Assembly: GCA_951406725.2 (NCBI GenBank)
Contig: OX597820.1
Location: 65,286,001-65,350,000, forward strand
Length of the DNA: 64,000 nt
Source of the DNA: Octopus vulgaris
Lineage: Eukaryota
Direction: 5' to 3'
Shown: positions 40,093 to 53,953 of the stretch, piece by piece
How positions within the stretch are numbered: the first letter of the stretch is position 1
How the letters are laid out: each line of letters begins with the position of its first letter
The notes under the pieces: model-generated
The model's input: the letters and a program-made list of their open reading frames with translations, nothing else
Database searches by the model: none
Told to the model about the DNA's origin: nothing
Made by a program: the position numbers and the translations under genes

Positions 40093-41379
40093 AATACACA
40101 CACAATAGTGCTGGAAGCAAATTTCTGACATATCTACACTTATTACTGTATAAGCACTCATGTAAAAAGTTTATATGTATATTCATATACCCACCTCGCC
40201 CACACATTCAGACATTTGTGTGTGTGCGTGTGTATACATAAATATACATAAATATACAAAGCTGCCTACGTTAATTATAAGTCTCAAAATACTAGAAAAG
40301 TATCCATATGTGTATTATAAGTATCTGTGTATTCATCTTATTATCTCAGAAGCCACACAGGTCGGTCATCGCCCTCACCGCAAATATAAACGTCTCTAAT
40401 GGTTACAAGATATTACTGATGATGTACCAATCATTTTCTTTCGATGTTATTATTCTATAGCGTATATCTATAGATTTTACCCATCTATCATATGTAGACA
40501 GATACCTGGCCCACTTTTGTTTTCCATGTAGAATATATTCGATGGTAGAATGAGAATAAGAATATCGCTTTGCAGTCACACGGTTTGAAGTTAAGTCTCA
40601 TTGCGTAGCTCTTTGGTCGAGTATCTTCTATAATAACTCTGAGTTGACCAAAGCCTTCTGAAGGAATTTGATTGACAGAAATTGCATGGAAGCCCACAGT
40701 ATGCGTGTGTGTGTGAGTGTCTGTGTGTCTGTGTGTGTGTGTCCATTTATATATGAGCGTGTGTGTATTTTTGAGTATGTGCTTGCCACACAGCGTCAAC
40801 GATTGACAACCAATTTTTGGTTTGTTCAAGCCGTCGTAGCATAGAATTTCGACAAAAGAAACTGATTATTAACAGACCATAAACAACCTAAGTTACTGGG
40901 GTCCACTTTTTCGAATAGAATGATTCACGGCAGTGCTCCAAAATGGTCGACATGTGAACGATATTTTGTATTCCTGTATAGCATTGAAGCAAAAAACTAC
41001 TACCTTACTAGTAGTTTATTTATTGGACTAACAGCGAGGAGTGCAGTAGGTTTGCTAATCGGTCAATGCGATATGCTTTATAGTCAGTTTATAATTAGCA
41101 TCTCTGTGGATAGTTATATTGGGTACACATTCGTAGACCAGCACAAGATTGACACTCTGTGGCATTAACTTAATCAACACAAAACGCAACGAGTCTAACA
41201 AAAACAACGTGGTTATAACGCAAACCTCTTGAACATTCAGCTTCTCATTCTTCTCATACTGTGAGAATTCTATGCTTGTGATTTCTAAAAGGAATGATAT
41301 AGTGCTATACATGATTACCACTGACTGAAAATTTAAGAATTTCGTAATAAACAAAAATTATTCAATATGTGAATTTTAT

Positions 41380-41765
41380 AAGGCGGCGAGGTGGCAGAAA
41401 CGTTAGCACGCCGCGCAAAATGCTTAGGGGTATTTCGTCTGTCTTTACGTTCTGAGTTCAAATTCTACCAAGGTCGACTTTGTCTTTTATCCTTTCGGAG
41501 TTGATAAATTAAGTACCTGTTGCGTACTGGGATCGATCTAATCGACTGGCTTCCTCCCCCAAAATGTCGGGCCTTGTGCTTAGAGTAGAAAATACTTAAA
41601 GCGGCAAGCTGGCAGAAACGTTAGCATGCCGCGCGAAATGCTTAGCTTTATTTCGTCTATCTTTGTGTTCTGAGTTCAAATTCTGCCGAGTTCGACCTTG
41701 CCCTTTCGGCGTCGATAAATTAAACACCAGTTGCGTACTAGAGTCCATCTAATCGACTGGGCCCC
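41380..41765 (+). mobile_element. Tandem pair of SINE family B copies
   Basis: Two consecutive heads at ~41380 and ~41598. Confidence 0.8.
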
Positions 41766-42189
41766 TCGCAAATAACTTACCAAAATATTACAAGACTTTT
41801 GTCTCAGAACAATCACTTAAAGTATATTTAGTTGCTATCTCTAGCAGCTAAAGTGAGTACGCAGTGTTTCCATTACTGGTTTCTTTACAGGGCATATGGG
41901 ATTAATATTGAGAAGATTAATTAGAAAAATTATTATAGGTTGAGAAGGGACTAATTTGATAATAAATATGTCATTGGTTATGTGATTCGAGATTAATTTG
42001 GTAATGGCAATTTATTTTAAGAAAAAATAATTTCTATGGAGATACAGTTAATTTCAATTCTACAATAATGTTATTAATATTTTTATCGCTTTATCTGATA
42101 TACGATCTCTTGCCCATGTGTTGCTTTCCACTCATAATATTGATAACAGGGACAGTTAGAAATGTGATTAGATTTATTATTATTATTAT

Positions 42190-42256
<67 letters not shown>

Positions 42257-42257
42257 T

Positions 42258-42354
42258 CAGTTTTATATTTAAGAGATGCTCATAGGCATATTGCGTAGTG
42301 GTTAAGAGCTTGGGCTACTAATCCCAAGATTCCGAGTTCGATTCCAAGCAGTGA

Positions 42355-42426
<72 letters not shown>

Positions 42427-42572
42427 CTACAACATCGAAAAATACCTTAGGAATGAGAACCCAGGTTCGAAATTTCCCCAAGGCACCTGATGAGGGCGGG
42501 ATGGTATTTCAGCCGAAACGTTGTGTTAGCAACAATCAAGATGAGGACAAATATCCGTCAAACGTAAATTAT

Positions 42573-42575
<3 letters not shown>
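42258..42575 (+). mobile_element. Second tRNA-headed hammerhead SINE, in (ATT)n
   Basis: Head TTGCGTAGTGGTTAAG..GAGTTCGATTCC, then (AAT)n, then HHR at 42483-42526: GCAC-CTGATGA-g-GGCGG..CAGCC-GAAA-CG-TT-GTGT. An inverted tail fragment lies at 42258-42278. Confidence 0.85.
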
Positions 42576-42610
<35 letters not shown>

Positions 42611-42851
42611 GTTATTAATATTATTATTATTATCATCATTAAGGCGGTGAGCTGGGGGAATCCTTTGCACTCCGGACAAAATGCTTAGCAGCATTTCGTC
42701 TGTCCTTAGGTTCTGAGATTAAATTCCGCTGTGGTGGACTTTGCGTTTCATCCTATCGGGGTCGATAAAATCAGTACTGAATACTGGGGTCGATGTAATC
42801 GACTTGTACACTCCCCCCAAATTCAGGCCACCATGTGCCTACAGCAAAAGA

Positions 42852-42892
<41 letters not shown>

Positions 42893-42918
42893 CATTATTA
42901 TTATTATTATCATTATTA

Positions 42919-42976
<58 letters not shown>

Positions 42977-42978
<2 letters not shown>

Positions 42979-43811
42979 TTTTAATCTGCATGTTTGTTAC
43001 AATCACTTGCCGAGACACAACCAGTGTCTTGGGGCGAGTGAAGGATAAGAGATGTTACAGCATGATTGAAAGCTTGAGGAATGCAATAGCTAAGTATCTT
43101 CATGTAATATAAAACAGACATTTAAATGGATAAGATTTTTTTCTTAGGTAATGGGTAGTACTTGTCAGCACAATCTTTTGGATTTCTCAGCGACATGGTT
43201 CTCCTGGGATCTTATCTAGATTTTTCTGACATCCCTTTTTATCATACTTAGTGAACCTACAATAACAGGAACAGTTTTGGGATGCCACATTTTTTGTATT
43301 TCAATTTCCATGTCCTTATATTTACATAATTTGTCAAATTCCCTTACGGATATATTTTTATCAGTGGGAACACTTGCATCAATTAGTCTACAAGTATTTA
43401 CTTCCCATCTTTAATAATAATGTCTGGTCGATTAGCTTGGATCGTTCTGTCTGTGTTGACTGGAAAATCCCCGAGGATAGTGACATTTTTACCTTCAACG
43501 ACTAGCTCAGGATAATGTTCATACCAGTAAGCAGGAGTGCTGATTTTATAATGTTTACATATTTCCAAATGTAAATATTGTCCTAGCCCATCGTGGAAAT
43601 TTTTTTTATTCGTTTGGTGTCAGCACAGGACATTTCGAGACGAGATGTTCTATTATTTCATCAAATCTATAGCAGAATTTGCATTTAGGGTCCGAAAGCT
43701 TTTGAAGAACGTTAGCCTGGTAGTTTTTTGATTTTGATTTTGTGCCGCCAATATGAAAGTTTCAGTCTCTGCTTTCAATCCTGAACTTAGTCCTGAACAC
43801 ATCAACCACGG

Positions 43812-43812
<1 letters not shown>
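42977..43812 (-). mobile_element. R4/Dong-clade non-LTR retrotransposon 3' fragment in (TAA)n
   Basis: GLKAETETFILAAQNQ, CCHC knuckle CKFC...EIIEHLVSKC, and restriction-like endonuclease DFPVNTDRTIQANRPDI..LIDASVP.D.N..KYKD. (TAA)n on both sides. Confidence 0.85.
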
Positions 43813-43862
<50 letters not shown>

Positions 43863-44221
43863 TAATTAATTAATTAATTAATTAATTAAGGCGATGAGCC
43901 AGCAAATTCGTTAACACGCCGGGTAAAATGTTTAAGAGCATTCCATCTATCTTTGCGTTCTGAAATCAAATTCCGTCGAGGTCGACTTTACCTTTCATCC
44001 ATAATATCATTATTATTATTATTATTAATTATGGTAGTGAACTGGCAGAATCATTAGCATGCGCCTGCACGTTATGAATTCAAATTACGCCGAGGTCGAC
44101 GTTGCCTTTCACTATTTCGGGGTCGATAATATATGTACCATTTGAATACTGGGGTCGATGTAATTGACTTATCCCCTCCCCCAAAATGGCAGCCTTGTGG
44201 AAAAACTTGATTCCATTATTA

Positions 44222-44258
<37 letters not shown>

Positions 44259-44260
44259 CA

Positions 44261-44318
<58 letters not shown>

Positions 44319-44886
44319 CATTGTTATTATTATTGTTATTATTATTATTGTTATTATTATTATTATTATTATTATTGTTATTATTATTGTTATTATTATT
44401 ATTATTATTAATATTATTATTATTATTATTGCAAATGTCAACAGTTTTCAAGACGTATTTCGCAGTCTCGGCCATCACATCCGTGCCGTGAACTGAGTTC
44501 GTACAAGTATGTTTTGCTGTAAAATCCATACATATAAAACAATAGAAATAATCTTAGTGCAGATGCTTTACAACGAAACTTGGCCCATGACGCCGTCGTG
44601 GAATTTCATAATCAGTATTATTAATATTAAATAAACAACTGTAACTCTTAAAGCATTTGCCACATGTATTAGCAGTTGACCTTAACGACAAGCGGCAAGA
44701 AATTAATTATTATGATATAAAGTGGCTGTGCTTCCTTGGTGACTTTATCTTGTGATATAATAATGTAAAAACCATGTCGTTGTTATGCTAAGATTTCGTC
44801 TCAAAATACTTGAGTCTGACTGCGCCATATTTGTTTTTATCACCAGGTGTGTGTGTATATATGTGTGTGTGTATCTGTCTGTGTGA

Positions 44887-44925
<39 letters not shown>

Positions 44926-46082
44926 AGAGAGAGAGAGCACGTGCATTCGTGCTTAAGTATGTATGTGTAGGTATGTGCTTATGTGTCGATACGTGTCGCT
45001 ATATATACGATTGCGCAAACGAAAGAGAAAAAGCGAAGTCAGTAGACAGAGCTTCCCCCTTGGCGATCAATCACATAACTTTTCATTACTTCGAAGTAGG
45101 TGACAACTTAAAGGTCAAGCTTAAAGTAAATAAGCTCACACACACACAGAGACACACACACACACACACACACAAACACACACATACACACACATGCATG
45201 AACATTTGTACGAACTCAAACGCAAACATACATACGTAGACAAATGTATGGCTGTGCGGTAAAGAATCTAGCTCTGCAACCACATGGTTTCGTGTTCAAC
45301 CTAGCTGCGCGGCAAGTGTTATCTGCTATAAGCAATGGCTTGGGAGTGAATTTGTTAGACGGAAACTGAATGGAAGCTCGTCATGTATGTGCGTGCGTGT
45401 GCCTATCTGCGTGTGTCTTTTTTTTCTGGATTTGTCATACACGCGAAAGAATGATAAAGGCATTGGTTGGCCAATCCCCTCCTTTTTAACCTAGTAAATC
45501 GGTAAAATAGACTGATACAATAAGTACCTGCTATATCGCACGTTCGGATGACCTCTACTCAAATCCTCGACGTCTAGACTTCTCCCTCTATACCTAGGTA
45601 TTGGGCTAGCCTGCTTCATCGTCTGGGGGCGTCGACACAACAGTACCAAATTTAAAACATTATAAACACCAGGGTCGAGTTCTTCCACTAAACGTTTCAG
45701 AGCAATGCTCCAGCATGGTCGCTGTCCAAATGTTCAAACAAAGAAGAGCTAGGAATAGTTTGATGGATGGATGGATGGATGGATAGATGGATAAATGGAC
45801 GGATGGATAGATGGATGGATGGAGGAATGGATGGATGTGATTATATTTATGTATGTTAATATAATGGGTTTAGCAGATAAAGTTCATTTGCATACCGATC
45901 CTTCGCCTGCTGAGGATAATCGAGAATAATATATGCATTTAAAATTCTGTTTTCCTGACTACCGACATTATTTATAGGTCTTATATTCACATATTAGATA
46001 ATAAATTTATTTAAGTGCAATTCATTTTATATTGTAATTTTCTGTTATTTAGCATTTCTGTGTAGGCAATGCAACAAAGAAT

Positions 46083-46115
<33 letters not shown>

Positions 46116-46703
46116 GTATATATATATATTGAATGTTAATGCGTATTTTATACGCAGTTCATGCACACAAGCAAACACATACACAAATGCATACACAGAT
46201 GCATCCGCGTGTATGGGCACGCTGTGTGTCTGTGTGTGTGTGTGTGCTTGCGCGCGCGTGCGCGTGTGTGTGTGTGTGTGTTATTTACATTTACTTGCTC
46301 AGAATGTAAAGATATGTCACAAAATATTGCAAAGCATTTTCATGAATGCTCACCGGGCGGTTTTCTGCTAGAATGTGTTAGACTGGATATCTTATGTGGA
46401 AACAAATAGCACAGTATACGTATTGTATGATATACAGTTGCGTATAACCAGTTGAAATTTGAAATATAAAATTTCTATGAAATTTTGATATGAAAACAAA
46501 TATATAGTGTAAAAATTTATTATAAATGCTGAACGAAGTATCATCAAGTAAAAATTTTGTAATAAATGTATTTTTAATGAAAACAATTGAATAGAGGCAG
46601 TATACATACATACAGACATATATACATGCATACAAAAGCGCAGGCGTATCTGTGTGGTAAGAAGCTTGCTTCCAAACCATATAATTCTAGGTTCAGTCCC
46701 ATG

Positions 46704-46740
<37 letters not shown>

Positions 46741-46789
46741 GTGTCCCAGCATGACTGCAGTCTAAGGACTGGAACAAGTAAAGGACAAA

Positions 46790-46926
46790 GCTTGCTTAAC
46801 GACCATATGGTTCCGAGTTCGGTCCCACTGTGTGGCACCTTGGGCGAGTGTCTTTTACTATAGCCTGGGGCCGACCAAAGCCTTGTGAGTGGATTTTGTA
46901 GCTGGAAACTAAAAGAAGTCATATAT

Positions 46927-46985
<59 letters not shown>

Positions 46986-47210
46986 TGCGTGTGTGTGTTT
47001 GTGTGTCTGTGTTTGTTCCCCCCAACATCACTTGACAACCGATGTTGCTGTGTTTACACCCCCGTAACGTAACGGTTCGGCAAAAGAGACCGATAGAATA
47101 AGTACTAGGCTTACAAAGAATAAGGCCTGGGGTTGATTTGCTCGACTAAAGGCGGTGCTCCAGCATGGCCGCAGTCAAATTACCGAAACAAGTAAAAGAG
47201 TAAAAGAGTA
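46790..47210 (+). mobile_element. SINE family A
   Basis: Body and tail intact. An additional head fragment lies at ~46638-46700. Confidence 0.8.
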
Positions 47211-47284
47211 TACAAACATACACACACATACATATATATACATACATACATACGAAAGTACGTACATACATAAACAAATTATAC

Positions 47285-47329
<45 letters not shown>

Positions 47330-48544
47330 TGTGTGTTTGTTTGTTCCCCCTATACCCTGCCGCCTGCTTTTGGTTGCTTTTCCATGTTAAATTGTTGGTT
47401 AGGAAAGAAAACTTTTATCCTTCAATTTTTTTTTACCATTAGCTTGTCTGAGTCATTAGAATACGGCCATACCGGGGCAACGCCTTCAAAAAATTATTGT
47501 TGAATAAATCAAGGTCAGTACTTCATTTTTTAAAGCCCGGTACATATTCTATCGATCTTTTTTGAGGAACCGCTGCTAAGTTACGGTTGTAGTGGGAGGG
47601 GACAAACACAGACACAACGACATCCAAGCTCGCAGGCATGCGCGCACACACACATACACACGTGTGTGCGTGTGAGTGACTGTCTTTTTTCGGGTCCCGT
47701 CCACCAAATTCCTTCATAAGGCTTTGGTCAACCCGAGGTTATGGAAGAAGACACTACATGAAGGTGATACACAGTGGGACTGAACCCGGAACCACGTGTT
47801 TGAGAAGCAAGCTTCTTAGCACGCGGCCAACACCTGCGCTTGATATAACCATATTTTTCGTTAAATAATAAATAGAAAAAATTTTCTTTCCCAATATCTG
47901 AACGAGAAACATTCAGTAACAATACACTAGAATAAAGATTATTAGCCAACATAATATGACAGTCCTGATTAGAACGAATGTTACTGTTATTTAACCCCAG
48001 GAATCATCGTTTCCAGCTGGCTATCGACGCATTATCTGCGTCTTTATATTTTCGAACAAGGGAGTTTAGTGTATCCAATCAGCTCTAAAGCAATATCTGT
48101 GTACCAATGGTTTCTGTGCTGATGAAGAGTAATAACCCAGAAACCATGTACCAACATGGCTGCAGTCATATAACTGAAAAAAGTAAAAGTATACACACAC
48201 ATACATACATACATACATACATACATACATACATACATACATACATACATACATACATACATACATACATACATACATACATACAAACAAACAATTGTGA
48301 ACGTGCTTCCCGAACAAACGACTTACCCTGAATCTTCCTAAACCTTAATCATTTAACTTTAAAATTTACTTGAATATATATATATATATATATAGTCGAA
48401 CAAATTGGCCCTGGGACTTATACTTTGTAATAGAACTTATTCTAGAGGACTCTTTTGCCGAATCGCTAACTTACGGGGACGTACACACCAACATTGTTTG
48501 TCAAATGATGGTGGAGGAGCAAACACAGACACACAAATACATAC

Positions 48545-48595
<51 letters not shown>

Positions 48596-48679
48596 TACAT
48601 ACATACATACACACATACATACATACATACATACATACATACATACATACATACATACATACATACATACATACATACA

Positions 48680-48715
<36 letters not shown>

Positions 48716-48806
48716 CATATGTATTGCAAAAGAGGGGAGCGTTTTTCTAGACAGGAAAAAATATAGGCAAATTTGCTATTGAAATTGCATCTAAAATTGA
48801 AAAACT

Positions 48807-49156
48807 TGTAATTGGTTAGAATAAATCTATGTCCATCTATACCAAACTAGTTTCAACAATATTTCTTTGTTTATCAATAGTAAACATTTTAAATTATGAA
48901 TTAGAACATATTTAAAAGTTTCAATGTTGACAAATTAAAATGGTCATAACAGGCAAATTTAGAATTATGAATTACAAAAGCGTGTTTAGAAATTTCGATG
49001 TTGACATGTTCATAACCGTCAAAAATATTAAAATAGAGCAACAATTTGTTTGAATGCTTAAAGTTCATTAGTGATAGTAGTGATCCATTGATAAATAAAA
49101 AATATTGTTGAAATTAGTTTGGTATATATGTAAATAAATTCATTTTAAACAATTAC
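48807..49156. repeat. Imperfect ~70-bp inverted repeat pair (possible old MITE or fold-back)
   Basis: TATACCAAACTAGTTTCAACAATATTT..TTTATCAAT versus ATTGATAAA..AAATATTGTTGAAATTAGTTTGGTATA. Confidence 0.55.
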
Positions 49157-49164
49157 AGAGTATT

Positions 49165-49570
49165 TGTGGGCCAGTTTATATGAGGGAGGTTAAAATCACC
49201 CACCACTAGTAAGTTTCCGGAGTTGTATTTTTTTGAAGGAAGGACTTGATTTTGTTGAGGCACTCTTCAAAACACTTTAGAGGTGCTTGGGGAGGCCTGT
49301 AAAAACCAACAATGATTATCTCTTTGGCCTTATTGAATAGTGATATAGATTCACAACAGCCATTGTAAAATACAATCTTGGCATCAACTGAAAAGGAGTC
49401 ATGGAGAAAGATGTCTGTCCCCACCCCCTTTATTTCGGTCTGTCCGATCTACACAGACGATGGTGAAATCTTTTATTTTCACTTCGGCATCCATATGTAT
49501 GCTCTTTAGGTGAGTTTTAGTAAGGATAAATAAAGGGAAGCAATGTGCCGTTTTGGCAAGCCAATTCTCT
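49165..49570 (-). mobile_element. LINE ORF2 APE-endonuclease fragment (CR1-like)
   Basis: FILTKTHL..DR..RNKGGG..CESI..IIVGFYRPP..GDFNLPHINW. Confidence 0.75.
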
Positions 49571-50189
49571 ATATATGGGATCTTTCATTTTTGGACAATG
49601 AATGATGGGTTATATATATATGATAAGGTGTACATCATTCCGTATCACCCCCAAATTCTTGGCCTTGCTTCTTTAAATACACGAGTTATATAACTAAAAA
49701 CCTGGCATGACTTTTGTCTGTTTGTTAAGCCATTTGCGTTTCCATCCAAACACACCAAAGGAAACTTAGCACACAAGTTTAGATAAATATTTGCCTGAAA
49801 ACTACAGCAAATATTCCCGTAAGCACTCCAAGAGGGATTGTGAAATCAATTCGAATTTCCCTAAAAACATACCCTTCTCAAGGTTTTTGAGAATCTCTAA
49901 CAACTACCGCTAGATTTTTATTTTTCGTACCCGACAAAAAGGAAATATCAAACAAGTCAGGGGTTTTTGCGTACGTAATTCACTGGAGCAAACCTTTAAT
50001 TTATTTATCATGCAATTGATCCACTTGAATTATGTTCCTCAGCTCAATGTATACTTTGCTAATACTTTGTTTATATACGGCTAATAAATTAGTCATTTTA
50101 CATATATGTGTGTATGTATGAGTGTATGTATGTACGTGTAAAGATATATATATATATATATGTAGATATATACAAGCATACATTACATA

Positions 50190-50237
<48 letters not shown>

Positions 50238-50434
50238 TTATTTATTTATATATATATATGCATACATATATATATATATATATATGTTTGTGTGTGTATA
50301 TATATATGCATATATTCATAGATATATGCATGTATAGGTATATGTGTGTATGTGTGTATGTATGTATTCATGTATATGCATAACGTATATATGTATATAT
50401 ACATGTATATATTTATATGTGTATGTATACGTAT

Positions 50435-50496
<62 letters not shown>

Positions 50497-51170
50497 ATAT
50501 ACTATATATACACATACATACAGACATGCACACGAGTAAGTATATGTGTTTAATGAACACAGAACTTCACAAGTCTCTTGAAGTCGATAGCGCCACTTTA
50601 TACGTACTAATGGCAAGAATATCAAATGACAAGGATTTTAAAATCAGTCCAGTGAAAGGTCAAACAAATATACAATTTCCTTGGTGCGAGCAAATATATA
50701 TATATTTATATATTTATATATATACGGGAGTTGGACACGTTTTGCTGTTAATTCGATCTGATGTCGTTTGTTGAAACGGAAAAAGAGGAGAGATTGAGGG
50801 GGAGTTGCGATAGTTATTTAAACACACGGTCATATACTGTTATATTCACATTTGTTTTATTATGTGATATCATTGTATAGTATAATGTGTCAAAATGTCT
50901 AGTTGTATATTTACGACCTGGTTACAGACGCAATTAGTCTGCATTTGTGGCGCAGGGGAATAGATTTACTTGTGCAACATGCACATACAAAATCACATGG
51001 GTGTGTTTATGTGTGACTATGAGAACGACACACAGATGCATATGTATACATAAATATAAAATTATACAAACCTCTCTCTCTTTCGATAGATAGATACATA
51101 CATACATACATACATACATACATACATACATACATACATACATACATACATACATACATACATACATTTA

Positions 51171-52371
51171 CGGGAGTTGATCAAAATAGTGGAAACAACA
51201 CTTTAATTATTTTTCTGTTGGCAATATGACAAATTCATAACAGTTCTAGTTTGCATATATATATATGTGTGTGTGTGTTAATATGCTTTATGATTGCCTT
51301 GCACTTCATGAGACAGACCTCTGTTTTTATTCTTTTTTTTTTTTTGGCAAATATTTATATTAAATAAGTTAAAATACCTAACCTATCTTGTTTCCAAAGA
51401 GTACGAATTGCTGGAGCGTAGATGTCTGGTGCTTTAGTTTCTAAATGTGTTCAATTTTTTAGTTTCTGTAAGTATAGTCTCTAAAATCATACTGACGTCC
51501 AAAACCAAGATAAAACCAGTTATGGTATGTATAATTCGGGGCCGTCGAGAAACTTCACCCAGAGGTACTACACAATAGTGAAATCTCGAACTGCTGTAAC
51601 AAAATTGACAGCAAAGCTAAGCTACTACCTTGTCAACCTAAACCGTTATGAGATCCATAAAACTGGATACCGTAAGAGGGCTACGACTGCAAAATTCCTC
51701 CTGTTCCCCAACAATGCATAAGCGAAAAAATAAATGGTGTCTAGACTATCAGAAGTGGTCAACGGCTCAATGAAACAACGCTGACTCTGATGTTTCAATA
51801 TTCACATTTTCTCCACTTCGAGGCGAGTTTATGTCTGGAGACAGCCAGAAGAAACTTTCAACCTTCAATGATCTGTGAGGATTTGGATCGTAATATCACA
51901 GGAATTTTGTTGGCTTTTTTTAGTTGTTCTACATAGTAGAGATATCACCAAGGATTATCTGAGTATTTTACCTGATTACGTCCATTCTATGGTGCATATA
52001 TTGCTCCCTGATGGCAGCGCAATCTTCTAGAACGATAATGCACCAACTCACGGCTAACAGTATTCAAAACCGGTTCGAAGAACACAAAATTAAAACAAAC
52101 CAGTTGGACTGGGCCTTCTATCACCGGATCGCAATATCGTCAAACATTTATGATGCCCTTTGGATTAGTAGTTGAGGGGCAGTTTTGTTGCTGAAAGAGG
52201 TTGAGTGGGTTTTAAATGAAGAAAATTTCGAAAATTTCCCCATCGACTGCTTAGAACCCGTACTGGTGAATTCCTCCATTATTAAAGACCTGATTGATGT
52301 GAAAGGTGGACCAATTCCATGTTAAATAGCACTTCTATTTAAGGTGTCTCCATTACTTTGTCCAATCACTG
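51171..52371 (+). mobile_element. Decayed Tc1 (DD34E) transposon with both TIRs
   Basis: Left TIR CGGGAGTTGATCAAAATAGTGGAAAC; right TIR (reverse complement) CAGTGATTGGACAAAGTAATGGAGAC. Peptides RVYVWRQPEE, AIF.NDNAPTH and W...SPDRNIVKHL. Confidence 0.7.
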
Positions 52372-53133
52372 TCAGTACACATATGCATATATACATAGTG
52401 TAAATACAATGAATACTGAAAACAGGACACACCAGAAAGAACACTTAACACATAAGATGTTTGTAACATACATTTCAGTTTTTAAACAAATCTCTTTTGT
52501 ACAAACATTTACGCACACACACAAACACACACATAGCCGTGGGTGTATTCATATATATGCATGGAGTATTCGATAATTATAATACATAACCTTGAGGTGG
52601 AGATAATTTTAATAAATCAATAGTTTATATTGTATGTTATTTGATATATATGCATTTGTCTATGTTGTTCAAATGCATGCCACTAGTCACACTGCGCTAT
52701 TGCTCTTAGCTCATCTTTATATATATAGTTGCGTGTATATGTGTATATATGTGCCTCTGTGTGTGTGTATGTGAGTATGTACGTATGTATGACAATTCAT
52801 ACGTACATATGACAATTCATAAATTAAATTTTAAATTTTATTTTTATTTTTTATTATTTCCAACTTATAATTATAATCACTATGATTTAATTTTTTTCTT
52901 GCATTTTGCATTGTTTTTCGAAACGTACGTATACATTGAATCCAGTTTACTAATAAATTCTGTTTCTGTTTCCCCATCTCTTCTCCATTGTTATACTTGT
53001 TTATGCTATATTCTTATACCTATAACGAATCTCCTATACATATAAATATATACATGAATATATATATATATATATAGATATATGTATATATATACATACA
53101 TATACATATATATATACATATACATATACATAT

Positions 53134-53167
<34 letters not shown>

Positions 53168-53953
53168 ATATATACATATATATGTATATAGTAAGGAAAA
53201 ATTTTTTAAAAATGCAGAATGCTCAAATGAAAGAAAATTTTAATAAAATGAGAAAATGATAAAATATATAAATATATATTTATTCAACCGGTTTTCGTCA
53301 TTGTATGACTTGTCAAGAATATTTATGTTTTAAGAAGTTTTTTTAAAAATTAGAAAGGGGAAAAAAAGAAAATTGCATTGTTTTTTGTAAAAGAATAATG
53401 ATAAAAATGTACAAAAATTGAAAAATAAGTTCTCCGATACATTGTGAGTTCGTTGTGTATCTTGAGTTTTATGGTTGTTTACCAAAAAATTACCTTGAGG
53501 TGTTAAGATCCAAAGGGATTAAGAGCATGTGATGTGTTGTGTTGTTAAATTCAGCATGTTGCAGGACAGGAAGTAGTAGTAATTGTGGTCCTGGTTCTTC
53601 AGTTCCTGTGTTGTGAGTAAGGGGAGACAACTCTTTTGAGTTCTTCAATAAAACCCAAATTATAAAACTATCATTTTAGCTTCATTTGCATTATCTTTTT
53701 TACATAATTGCTTGTTAACTTAACTTTCAGATTTTAACACTTTATTTATATTATTTTCTAATAATATAAATCTGCATAGACAATTGCATTTCAAATTGTC
53801 ATATCATTTATAATAAAAATGATAGTAATAACAACAATAGTAAAAATGATATTTAAAGAATATAAGTTTTAGCTTGAAGTGATGAATGCATGGTATCTTT
53901 ATATATTTGTGTTAGTCCATCCATGAAGAGTGAGGTAGAGAAAGGAAGTTTGA

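Noticed and set aside
50550-50695. Possible degenerate HHR in a TA-flanked island (ATGACAA-GGAT..GTCC..GAAA-GG-TC); similar weak case at 25060-25170
   Set aside because: Extra bases and the absence of stem I make it too degenerate to support.
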